NCBI GenBank assembly: GCA_030867685.1
Contig: JAQOWU010000008.1
Location: 4,216,001 to 4,280,000 of the forward strand
DNA from: Wickerhamiella versatilis
Taxonomy: Eukaryota
Length of the DNA stretch: 64,000 bases
Reading direction: 5' to 3'
In this document: piece after piece, positions 31,674 through 40,801 of the stretch
How positions within the stretch are numbered: the stretch's first letter is position 1
Layout: each line of letters opens with the position of its first letter
Program-made: the position numbers and the translations under genes
Notes under the pieces: model-generated
The model's input: only the letters and a program-made list of their open reading frames with translations
Database searches by the model: none
Told to the model about the DNA's origin: nothing

Positions 31674-32282
31674 CTAGTCCTCCTCAGGCGCTTCTTCCTC
31701 TATGCCCTTATCAAATATTTCTTTCCCGGTAAGCCTTCCATTTGGTCGCTCCTTAGGTATATCCCATCCCATTTCATGACGAAACTTGTTTCTCCACTGC
31801 GAGAAACTTTCTTTTGTAACAGGCGTCCCCCTAAATTTGGCCTGCTCCGCTTCTTCGGCAATTTCAAGTTCTCTAATTCTCTCCAACTCTATGGCCTTGA
31901 TTTTGTCCTGGTAAAGCTCCTCTGCTGTTTCTTTAAGGTATGATACACAAGCAAACACTGAGGGGATCCCCAAGTTTTCTTCCGCACACTGTCGGACCTT
32001 TTCTGTTAAGTCTGAAAGATCTTCTCTTGTGAAATCATACTCAATCTCAGTCCCTTTAGTTTTGTCTGAGCTTGCTTTTTCACCAGGTAAAGCTTCAATA
32101 TCAACGACAGGTATGACTTCAGCGGGATAATTTTCGGGGAATGCAACATGAACCTTCAGTTTACGAACAGGATGAGTTTCCAAGCAAACCAAAACAGAGA
32201 ATTCAGTATCGGAAACCACATCGAGCTCGTCAGGATAGATCGATTGTAATATATCGATCTCCTCCCTTTGCTCGTCGGTCAT
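31674..32282 (-). CDS. GIR2: RWD-domain DRG/Rbg2 partner Gir2
   Basis: EQREEIDILQSIYPDE, FPENYP, EENLGIPSVF, KFRGTPVTKESFSQWR, RLTGKEIF; ATG 32282. Confidence 0.92.
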   Translation of the reverse strand: MTDEQREEIDILQSIYPDELDVVSDTEFSVLVCLETHPVRKLKVHVAFPENYPAEVIPVVDIEALPGEKASSDKTKGTEIEYDFTREDLSDLTEKVRQCAEENLGIPSVFACVSYLKETAEELYQDKIKAIELERIRELEIAEEAEQAKFRGTPVTKESFSQWRNKFRHEMGWDIPKERPNGRLTGKEIFDKGIEEEAPEED

Positions 32283-32323
32283 GGTAATACACCCTGCTCT
32301 CGCAAAGACAAAATAATTATGTA

Positions 32324-33214
32324 ATGGAGAATTTCCTTGAGCAGCTACAATCCGACCCGACAGCTGTGATTTCGAAGCTCGAGGAGCAGTTTGAATGTGA
32401 CAAGGACAACTTAGAAGTATCCCAGCTACTCGCTGAGGCATACTTCGAGATAGGTGATCTTGAATCAGCTCTTAAGTTTACACAACACAGCTTAAAACTG
32501 GACCCTACTGGAAGTCGAGGAGGCTTCGATAAGTTTATGTGGCAAGCACAAATTGTAGGTGGTCATGAGGGACATGGCTGGTATCAGTCTGGAATAAATG
32601 GCTTGAAGAGTCAAGCTTTGACCGTGTCGCCTCTTGGACTGGCAGCGCCCGAATGCGCAAATCTGCGGCAGAAAGTGTGCGCAGGGTTAAATGGTATGAT
32701 CGAAATCTGGTTGACGGAACTATGTATGGAGCCAAATGCAGAGCAGATGTGTGAGCGGCTAGTTACCGAGGCACTTATGGTAGATGACACAAACCCAGAG
32801 GTTTGGAGTATGCTGGGAAGCATCCGCATTTCGCAGTGTCGCCAATCTGAGGCAAAGGATGCCCTTGAAAAATCATGGTCATTATGGTCTAATTGTGATG
32901 TGGACGGTTCACAAATTCCTTCGTTGATACGACTAGCACAGAGTTTGATTGAAGTGGGTTGTTCAGAAACGGCTATTGACATCACAACGTCGCTGGCAAC
33001 TTTGGATGATCAAGTACCAGATATATATTACTTGAATGCAATCGCATATCAGCAGCTTCTTGAACGTTCGCAAACAGATTCAGACCGCATCTCCCATATT
33101 TCAGCTGCGCGAGAGGCTTTAGAACTTATGCTTGAGCTTCCTGAACTAGATGACTCTTTGGTAGAGGCTGGTAATGACATTTTATCCCAACTTCCACCTC
33201 TGCAGAGTGCCTAA
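32324..33214 (+). CDS. ACL4: TPR assembly chaperone of Rpl4
   Basis: KFMWQAQIVGG, MIEIWLTELCMEPNAEQMCE, LGSIRISQ motifs. Confidence 0.9.
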   Translation: MENFLEQLQSDPTAVISKLEEQFECDKDNLEVSQLLAEAYFEIGDLESALKFTQHSLKLDPTGSRGGFDKFMWQAQIVGGHEGHGWYQSGINGLKSQALTVSPLGLAAPECANLRQKVCAGLNGMIEIWLTELCMEPNAEQMCERLVTEALMVDDTNPEVWSMLGSIRISQCRQSEAKDALEKSWSLWSNCDVDGSQIPSLIRLAQSLIEVGCSETAIDITTSLATLDDQVPDIYYLNAIAYQQLLERSQTDSDRISHISAAREALELMLELPELDDSLVEAGNDILSQLPPLQSA

Positions 33215-33356
33215 ACATCTATGATCGCAAATCCCCAATGAATATGCAAACCATTATAAGGATGGGAAAACTTAGAGAACTTAGGACAAAATAATGCTAT
33301 ACATAACTGCTGATTTTATGACAGGGGAATACTGTTTCCTGGTCATCTCACGTGCG

Positions 33357-33842
33357 CTAGCTGGCGCTAGGAGGTTCCGCCAATGGCGAGGGTATGTCCT
33401 TCGATCTGTCAGGATTATCTGCTGCTTCTCTATCAGACTCAGCATCGTACCAGCCATTGTCATTATCATCAGGGATTACCTGGACATATTCCTCAGGGAC
33501 CAGCCCCGTCTCGCCAGTATCCAAGTTTTCAGCAACAAGCCATCCTTGGCCATGACGATAACAAATCCAGACGATCTGTCCCTCTACTAATGCTGCCTCA
33601 TTTGCGTTCTCAGGCTCAAAATCGAATAGTGCAATCGCTTTACGATATATGTCATTGGTGCTGCCTGAAGCTGAAACATCATTATCTTCCTGCTCGGAAG
33701 CATTTTCACTGACAGCGCTGGGGGGCTTCACGCCATAATGCAATGGATGTGATGCATGGTATGCAAAGTCACGTACTTTGGTATACGGTAATGCGGATTT
33801 GAATTCCGGCAACCTGCTTTCAGCTGTATCACCAGCACTCAT
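33357..33842 (-). CDS. NBP2: SH3 adaptor Nbp2
   Basis: VRDFAYHASHPLHYG plus SH3 AIALFDFEPENANE...GQGWLVA...TGLVPEEYV. Confidence 0.92.
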   Translation of the reverse strand: MSAGDTAESRLPEFKSALPYTKVRDFAYHASHPLHYGVKPPSAVSENASEQEDNDVSASGSTNDIYRKAIALFDFEPENANEAALVEGQIVWICYRHGQGWLVAENLDTGETGLVPEEYVQVIPDDNDNGWYDAESDREAADNPDRSKDIPSPLAEPPSAS

Positions 33843-33899
33843 CTCTTGTGTTCGATGAATAATACAGCTTGTATCGAGAAGTTAAACGCTTGATTTCGA

Positions 33900-34262
33900 A
33901 TGCCACGGGGTGAACCGTTGCAGTCGGCTCGGGGAAAGGACCCAACTAGGAGTTCAATTGTATATGAACGCTCCCTACCTAGTCATACAGTTTTAAAAGA
34001 GCGCCAGCCTAGCAACTTGGTGCGGTCTCAGCCGCCGCAAATTACCAAAGAAAAGCAAATTGATTTGGGCTTGCTACATACGGAAGAAGATTCTGATGTT
34101 GAAGAGATGGAGCGCGAATTAGCAGAACTTGAACAAGGTAAGCATTCAGCAAAGGACTCGCCTAAAACCTATCATTGGATGTCTGATACTCCGTTTAATA
34201 TTATAGCGCCTAATAAATTTACCAGTGGAGACTCGTCTATAGTGGATAAATACGTGCATTAA
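33900..34262 (+). CDS. CWC15: Spliceosome NTC-related protein Cwc15, short and divergent
   Basis: ARGK...RSLPSHTVLKERQ resembles the Cwc15 RxLPxHTxLKxRQ motif; acidic EEMERELAEL; C-terminal DKYVH; lies next to ACL4-NBP2 as in S. cerevisiae. Confidence 0.7.
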   Translation: MPRGEPLQSARGKDPTRSSIVYERSLPSHTVLKERQPSNLVRSQPPQITKEKQIDLGLLHTEEDSDVEEMERELAELEQGKHSAKDSPKTYHWMSDTPFNIIAPNKFTSGDSSIVDKYVH

Positions 34263-34337
34263 CCTTGGGCTTGCGGTAAATTTAAGCCACCCCGACGTGT
34301 GTGCCTCTTACGTCACACGACCTGTTCGGCAGGTAGA

Positions 34338-34745
34338 ATGATATACTCATTGTGGATCTTTGATCGGCACAGTGACTGTATTTATAGACGACAGTGGAAT
34401 AATGTGGATAGCAGCGGTGAGGCGAACGCGGATGATGTGGCTAAAATCATTTTCGGCGTAGTGTATTCACTTCGCACGGCGACAAGAAAGTTAACTGGTA
34501 GCGACAGCTTTTTGAGCTTCTCAACATCCCAATACAAACTCCACTACTTTGAAACCCCAAGTAATATGAAGTTTGCAATGTTCACAGACCCAAACACCCA
34601 ACTTTTATCTGCAGCGCTTCAGGAACTATATGCCACTCTATACATTGAGTATGTGATCAAAGACCCAATAACGGAAGGTCTTAACAATGAAATGTTTTCT
34701 ATGAGTCTAGATGCATTTATTAAGTCATTGCCGGGGTTTGCGTAG
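34338..34745 (+). CDS. BET5: TRAPP subunit Bet5/TRAPPC1
   Basis: MIYSLWIFDRHSDCIY, IIFGVVYSLR, YKLHYFETPSNMKFAMFTD. Confidence 0.93.
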   Translation: MIYSLWIFDRHSDCIYRRQWNNVDSSGEANADDVAKIIFGVVYSLRTATRKLTGSDSFLSFSTSQYKLHYFETPSNMKFAMFTDPNTQLLSAALQELYATLYIEYVIKDPITEGLNNEMFSMSLDAFIKSLPGFA

Positions 34746-35901
34746 ACGAAACCGAACGCTTTGACGGTGTATCTTTTTCAGGTGTTTCAGCACGGCGCTT
34801 TCCAGAGTTTTTCACCTCACCATTGCTCGCTACACCATTAACAACTCTAAAAATCGGCTGTGCGTACCAGTAGGGAACCTTATAGTATTCTCCTTCTCGC
34901 TGAATATCACCATTGGCAAGGGAATTGCAAGCAGCTTCCACTCTGCTCACAATTTCCTCGAATTTTTCATACTGACCTGACCTGACGGTCCCTAGGTCAT
35001 TTCTTATATCGGTGTGGTGACTGAAAAACGTACGGAGAAGGCGGAAGAAATGTGACTTCATGGCCGTCATAGATGCATGGCCTGATGTATTCTTAGCAAT
35101 ATCCATGTATTCTCTGGTAAGCCGGTCTATACGAGGAAATTGATCGGCAGGTAGTTTCTCGAAAATTGCTGGATTTGATAAATTTGTCTCCGCACTCATG
35201 ACAGCATCTGCACCAGTCTCCATTATACATCGGTCGACATCTTCTTGATAAATAATATTTCCATTTGCAATAATGACTGTCTCAGCAGGGAGGTTCTCTC
35301 TAAGGAACTTAATTTGCGACCAATCAGCCAGACCAGTATGTTGGCCCTTCATTTCCCTTGTCCGTCCATGCACCGTGAGGAATTGCGCCCCTGCTTTCAG
35401 GATCATACGTGCATACTCTAATGTTTTCATCCGATCTTCAAATACACGGATTTTAGCCGTAACAGGGATTTCCAGCTCCTCGTCGAGTTTATGTATAAGT
35501 CTCGAGATTAAATCCCAGTCCTCCATCAGAAATGCCCCATAATGTCCTTTTTTGGCAATGCCTTGTGGGCAGCCCAAATTGAGATCCACAGCATCACACT
35601 TACCTACGACATGCTTCGCGGCAGTTAACAGCTCTTCAGGATCATTTGCGCAAAATTGTACAATGAGTGGTCTATCAGTTACGGGATTCCCATCTTCTTC
35701 GGACCAATTTTGTGCGCGGTATGACGGGTTTGTGCCAAAGAGTTTTGCATGAAACATAGGTGTGTAACACAGCTCGGCACCATGCCTGCGGCAAAGCTTC
35801 CGCCATGCAAGTTCACTCTGATCAACCATGGGGGCTACAATTTTTTTAGGATTGCCAATACTCCGAAACAAGTCCCGTCCTTTCAACTTGGAACCAGACA
35901 T
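34720..35901 (-). CDS. DUS1: tRNA dihydrouridine synthase 1
   Basis: VAPMVDQSELAWR, DRPLIVQFCAND, DLNLGCPQGIAKKGHYGAFL, VHGRTRE. Confidence 0.95.
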   Translation of the reverse strand: MSGSKLKGRDLFRSIGNPKKIVAPMVDQSELAWRKLCRRHGAELCYTPMFHAKLFGTNPSYRAQNWSEEDGNPVTDRPLIVQFCANDPEELLTAAKHVVGKCDAVDLNLGCPQGIAKKGHYGAFLMEDWDLISRLIHKLDEELEIPVTAKIRVFEDRMKTLEYARMILKAGAQFLTVHGRTREMKGQHTGLADWSQIKFLRENLPAETVIIANGNIIYQEDVDRCIMETGADAVMSAETNLSNPAIFEKLPADQFPRIDRLTREYMDIAKNTSGHASMTAMKSHFFRLLRTFFSHHTDIRNDLGTVRSGQYEKFEEIVSRVEAACNSLANGDIQREGEYYKVPYWYAQPIFRVVNGVASNGEVKNSGKRRAETPEKDTPSKRSVSSTQTPAMT

Positions 35902-36179
35902 TGACGGTTTCTAATTTTTTTGATTACGTTATGTTTATTCGCGGGTTACCGGCTTTCTCTCAACTCAGCTTTATTATATAGTCTTTAACTTTTAATTCAC
36001 CGTAAATAGTAGTAAATGGATAGGATTCACCTATCATAGCATTATTCTATATAATGTTGCCGAACATAACGAATTGTAAAGCATGGCCAAAAATCAAGGT
36101 ATTTACTTAGTTATTTAGTTAGTTACGGATTTCCCCACACCGTTCCCTTAGATCAAAGGAGTTTCAGCTATATATTTAA

Positions 36180-36827
36180 TTACCTACGATGATGTGGTTT
36201 AACGTCTATTACAATGTCGCTAGCCTCTGAAGGTTTTAGGACAAATAATCGATGATCAATGAGTGACCTAACTTCAACACGCATTTTACTGTGCTTTGAA
36301 ATAATTGATGCTATAGCTACCTTGCGGTGGCCGTGAAAGATGCCATGCTCTTCTATGGTAATGGCCTCAGTAAAGCCAGAGGATGAGCCTTTGAAGTCTT
36401 GATAGAGAGACTCAGTTGGGCCAAAACTGACCTCTGAGTTACCTATAGAGCCTCTGATACCGTTCTCGTCATGTCTCAACGCCTCTAGGATGCGATTTCG
36501 TGCTTCGTATGGCATTTTATCGGTAGTATTATTAGACTGACGCAAAAGGTGATAAGAGGCCATGTTGCTCCAACGCTGGTTATGCAATTCTTGTTCTAAC
36601 CATGTTCTTCGGTGACGGAGCCACCATAGTCCTCCTAAAATAGGTGGACCACCCAGTATTATGAGAGCAGGTGCTAAAAATATACCGATCGCTGCTGTCG
36701 CTGCGATCATGCCAAAAACCTTGAAAGGCATTGGTACATACTGCAATATACGCCCAAAAGGTCCTGGACGGCGATATATGCGCACTGGGTAAGCTCGACG
36801 AGTGAAAAACATTCTCTTAGGGATCAT
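36180..36827 (-). CDS. Hypothetical membrane protein, possibly mitochondrial
   Basis: 215-aa ATG ORF filling a gene-sized gap; Arg-rich acid-free N-terminus followed by a hydrophobic segment; no family recognised. Confidence 0.6.
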   Translation of the reverse strand: MIPKRMFFTRRAYPVRIYRRPGPFGRILQYVPMPFKVFGMIAATAAIGIFLAPALIILGGPPILGGLWWLRHRRTWLEQELHNQRWSNMASYHLLRQSNNTTDKMPYEARNRILEALRHDENGIRGSIGNSEVSFGPTESLYQDFKGSSSGFTEAITIEEHGIFHGHRKVAIASIISKHSKMRVEVRSLIDHRLFVLKPSEASDIVIDVKPHHRR

Positions 36828-37003
36828 ATTAGGCGCTTGTAGATATTAAAAAATCGTGCTAATGCAGATCAATGAATCAATCTCCTTTTTTTCAATCGTT
36901 AAGCTGCCCTTTCTTGTACCCTTTAAAAAGTCACCTTGTTGCTAAAAATGCGAAACGACCCAAAAGTTATTTGTCATAGATTGTCAGAAACGCATATTCA
37001 TCA

Positions 37004-37951
37004 ATGGGGCTTGGTGATTTCAAACTATTATGTGAAAGGGCAAATGTACCACTATGCGCTCTTGTTGGGCCCAATGACATGCATTTTCATTCATTGAATG
37101 ACCTTGAATCGACCTGCTACGCACGTAGTATTAATCTGGCTAACACGATGGTTTTTAGTGTTGGTAATGCATTTCTACAGTTTGGTACACTGCTTGTGGT
37201 GTCCCTTGGCATTTATAACACCTATCAAAAGTATACTGCGGTTGGTCGCCGTGAAATTCTTGATTGGTTCTATCTTTTCTTCATCCTTACATTCTGGTCT
37301 CTCGTAGTAGACACGGGTGTAGTACCAGCATCAAGTTCATCTTACCCTTATTTCGTTGCTGTTCAGGCTGGTCTTTCCTCGTCATGTTGCCTTTTACTTC
37401 TGCTTAATTCGCTCCTGGGATACAAATTCTGGGAAGACGGAAGCCTTGGATCGGTTTGGGGATTGCGACTGGCCTCTGGTATATGGGGTTTAGTGGTGTT
37501 CATCATATCAATTTTCACATTTCAAGGGTGGACCGAGCTATTGAATCCTCAAAAGCCAACAGCTCTAATGATTTCGCTGTATGTGATTAACGCGTTATGG
37601 ATTTTTTTCTATTCTATATCCATGCTGTATCTGACTGGCGTCATTTTAAAACAGTGGTGGGCTTTTGGCTCTGTTATGTTAGGAATCGTTTTCTTCGCAG
37701 CCGGTCAGACGCTGATGTATGCATTTGGGCGTATTATATGTCAAAAAGTACGGCACTATATAGATGGCATTTTCTTTGCTACTGTCTGCAATCTATTTGC
37801 ATTTCTCATGGTTTACAAGTCATGGGACATCATTACCACGGAGGATCTCGAGTTTAGCGTTTCGAATCAGGATTATACTTGGGATACGAAGTCCGCTTAT
37901 GAAACAAGTGAGTATGCTCTTTCGAGCTACAACGTACAAAGCATTTCGTAG
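37004..37951 (+). CDS. CHS7: Chitin synthase export chaperone Chs7
   Basis: MGLGDFKLLC..ANVPLC, CYARSINLANT, KYTAVGRRE, HYIDGIFF, WDIITTEDLEFSV. Confidence 0.95.
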   Translation: MGLGDFKLLCERANVPLCALVGPNDMHFHSLNDLESTCYARSINLANTMVFSVGNAFLQFGTLLVVSLGIYNTYQKYTAVGRREILDWFYLFFILTFWSLVVDTGVVPASSSSYPYFVAVQAGLSSSCCLLLLLNSLLGYKFWEDGSLGSVWGLRLASGIWGLVVFIISIFTFQGWTELLNPQKPTALMISLYVINALWIFFYSISMLYLTGVILKQWWAFGSVMLGIVFFAAGQTLMYAFGRIICQKVRHYIDGIFFATVCNLFAFLMVYKSWDIITTEDLEFSVSNQDYTWDTKSAYETSEYALSSYNVQSIS

Positions 37952-38055
37952 TAAATTAATTTTTCATTAACCAGTCTTACAATGAATCATTAAATTTTCT
38001 AGATTAGTTGCATAGTATAAACAAGTTTTTCTTTTAGGAACGTGCTTCTGTAAGC

Positions 38056-40782
38056 ATGCCTGTGAGCCCCCAGGTGCTCATCCGTGCACAGCACAACACC
38101 TCTCAAATTCGAAATGCTTGCATTCTTGCCCATGTAGACCATGGTAAAACCTCTCTTTCAGATTGCCTCCTGGCAAGTAATGGCATTATAAGCCATCAGA
38201 TGCAAGGCCAAATAAGGTACCTTGATTCTCGACCAGATGAGCAATCACGGGGCATAACCATGGAATCCAGTGCCATTTCACTATATTCAAAATTAGCAGG
38301 TCCTGATGGTGTGAAAGAGTATTTGATCAACTTGGTGGATAGTCCTGGCCATATCGATTTTAGTTCAGAAGTCACGATAGCTTCGCGGCTATGCGATGGA
38401 TGTATTATCCTGGTTGATGCTGTAGAGGGTGTATGCTCCCAAACAGTTAATGTTCTCAAGCAGGCTTGGGATGATGAACTTCGGATGGTGCTGGTTATAA
38501 ATAAGGTTGATAGACTTATTACAGAGCTCCAAATGAGCAGTGTTGAGGCTGCCTCTCATTTGACCAAGATTGTTGAACAAGTCAATGCGGTGCTAGGTCA
38601 ACTTTTTGCTGGTACTCGAATGGATCTGGATGAAGACTTAAACGATGAGGGCATATATTTCGAGCCTCAAAAGAACGATGTGGTTTTCTGTAGCGCTGTT
38701 GAAGGGTGGGGTTTTACCTTGGGACAGTTTGCTAGTATTTATGAGCGTAAGCTTGGTATGAACAAAGAACGCCTCCAAAAATTTCTCTGGGGTGATTTTT
38801 TCCTTGACCCAAAAACCAAAAAAGTTGGTTCCGGGAAATCCGGAAAAAAGTCCCTATTTGTGCAGTTTATTCTGGATAATATCTGGGCTATCTACGGTGC
38901 TGTAGATTCTCAGGATGTTCCCAAGCTAGCTAAAATTGCTGACGCTCTAGGGGTCACTCTCAATGACAGAGATCTTGATGTTTCTCGTGATCCAAGGACT
39001 CTTCTCAAAACTATTTTCCATCAATGGATTCCTGTGTCACGAGCAGTCATTATCAGCATGATACATAAATTACCAAGTCCTCTAGAGGCACAGAAGAAAA
39101 GAACAAAAAGCATTCTAGAAAACTCACCGTCTGGCGATCTAGTTGATACGAAGATTCAAGATGCTATGAAAAATTGTGATCAACAAGGCCCCATATGCGC
39201 TTTTATCTCAAAGGTTTTACAGGTGCCCAAGAAAGAACTGCCAAATTCGCTCGTCGATAAAGTTGCAGGCTTGCGTATGCATGCACAACAGGAAGACAAT
39301 GAAGAAGAAGTATTGTTAGGGGTTGCTCGTGTCTACAGTGGATGCATTGAGCCTGGAAAGACTCTTAACCTTTGTGGCATCACATATGATCCTGCAACAC
39401 CTACCAGCGCTATTTCGCAGGTAACCCCACAGAGATTATTTATATGTATGGGCCGTGACTTCGTTCCTGTGGATAAAGCATATCCTGGTTCAATTATTGG
39501 TATTTCTGGGTTGGATGGGAAAATCGTCAAGAGCGGCACTTTGACAAGTTTAGGGTTGGTAGGTCCAAACCTGGCTAGAAGTGCTCACATCATGCCTACA
39601 ATTTTGCGCGTTGCTGTGGAGCCGGAAGATCCTCGTAATATTCCACAGTTAGAGCAGGGCCTGGATCTCCTTAACGTGTCAGATCCTAGCGTTGAGGTTG
39701 AGATATCCGACAAAGGTGAACTCATACTTGGCACAGCAGGTGAGCTACATTTGGAACGTTGCCTAAAGGATTTGCGTGAAAGGTATGCGAGATGTGAAAT
39801 TGACTGCTCTGAACCTGTAATACCTTACCGTGAGACGATTTCTCCTGCCGGTGAAGCACCTGATGATATCCAGAAGCGTGGAAGCGTTCAAATGACTGTT
39901 GGTTCGGTACATGTCGAACTTGATGTCTTACCGCTACCGCAAGCTGCCACCGAATATTTAACCTCAACTGAATTTCAAAGCGACTTGAGCGAATCTCCGA
40001 CAAACACTCTCAAAAAGTTAGAGGACAACCTTCCCTCCAAATTTGAAGATATAGTGGCATTAGGTCCCCGTAATAATGGTCCTAATGCACTCATTGATAT
40101 GACATCAGAGAAGCTACTCAATACTAGGCGTTTTCATGAGTCTCAACCAACTAGCCGTAGCCCTTGGGATGATCCAGTTATTACAGGTTTTCAAGCAGCA
40201 ATGGCAAAAGGCCCTCTAATGAACGAGCCACTGCAGGGAATAGCGGTTGTGGTCAAGAAGCTGGATAATTTTGAAAATCACCTTTCTGTCATTACTTTGC
40301 GGCGACTCATTCCTGCAATACGTGAACTTATCTACGAAGGACTTTCACACTGGTCGCCAAGGATAATGCTTGCTACATATCTCTGTGACATTCAGGCCAC
40401 CACTGATGTGCTTGGTAGGGTTTATGCTGTGGTCACCCGTCGTCGTGGACGCGTTATTAGCGAGGAATTAAAGGAAGGTACACCTTTCTTCCTTATTCGA
40501 GCCTCTTTGCCTGTAGTAGAATCCTTTGGGTTCAGCGAGGAAATGCGACGACGCACTGCTGGCTCAGCAAATCCACAACTTGTGTTCAATGGATTTTCTC
40601 TACTTGATATTGACCCATTCTGGGTACCAACGACTGAAGAGGAGCTAGAGGAATTAGGTGAAACCGCTGACAGGGAGAATATTGCTTTGGTATATCTAAA
40701 TGAGGTAAGAAGGCGCAAGGGTTTGCCTGTGAATGAAAAGGTCGTTGAACGAGCGGAACAACAACGTAGTTTTAAACATTAG
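38056..40782 (+). CDS. RIA1: EF-2-like ribosome maturation GTPase Ria1/Efl1
   Basis: ILAHVDHGKTSLSDCLLASNGII, RGITMESSAISL, DSPGHIDFSSEV, NKVD, DPFWVPTTEEELEELGE. Confidence 0.96.
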   Translation: MPVSPQVLIRAQHNTSQIRNACILAHVDHGKTSLSDCLLASNGIISHQMQGQIRYLDSRPDEQSRGITMESSAISLYSKLAGPDGVKEYLINLVDSPGHIDFSSEVTIASRLCDGCIILVDAVEGVCSQTVNVLKQAWDDELRMVLVINKVDRLITELQMSSVEAASHLTKIVEQVNAVLGQLFAGTRMDLDEDLNDEGIYFEPQKNDVVFCSAVEGWGFTLGQFASIYERKLGMNKERLQKFLWGDFFLDPKTKKVGSGKSGKKSLFVQFILDNIWAIYGAVDSQDVPKLAKIADALGVTLNDRDLDVSRDPRTLLKTIFHQWIPVSRAVIISMIHKLPSPLEAQKKRTKSILENSPSGDLVDTKIQDAMKNCDQQGPICAFISKVLQVPKKELPNSLVDKVAGLRMHAQQEDNEEEVLLGVARVYSGCIEPGKTLNLCGITYDPATPTSAISQVTPQRLFICMGRDFVPVDKAYPGSIIGISGLDGKIVKSGTLTSLGLVGPNLARSAHIMPTILRVAVEPEDPRNIPQLEQGLDLLNVSDPSVEVEISDKGELILGTAGELHLERCLKDLRERYARCEIDCSEPVIPYRETISPAGEAPDDIQKRGSVQMTVGSVHVELDVLPLPQAATEYLTSTEFQSDLSESPTNTLKKLEDNLPSKFEDIVALGPRNNGPNALIDMTSEKLLNTRRFHESQPTSRSPWDDPVITGFQAAMAKGPLMNEPLQGIAVVVKKLDNFENHLSVITLRRLIPAIRELIYEGLSHWSPRIMLATYLCDIQATTDVLGRVYAVVTRRRGRVISEELKEGTPFFLIRASLPVVESFGFSEEMRRRTAGSANPQLVFNGFSLLDIDPFWVPTTEEELEELGETADRENIALVYLNEVRRRKGLPVNEKVVERAEQQRSFKH

Positions 40783-40801
40783 AGATAGGTATATATGACT
40801 A

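Noticed and set aside
32283-32441. 53-aa N-terminal extension of GIR2 overlapping ACL4
   Set aside because: RWD similarity starts at MTDEQREE (32282); the extension is antisense to ACL4 coding sequence
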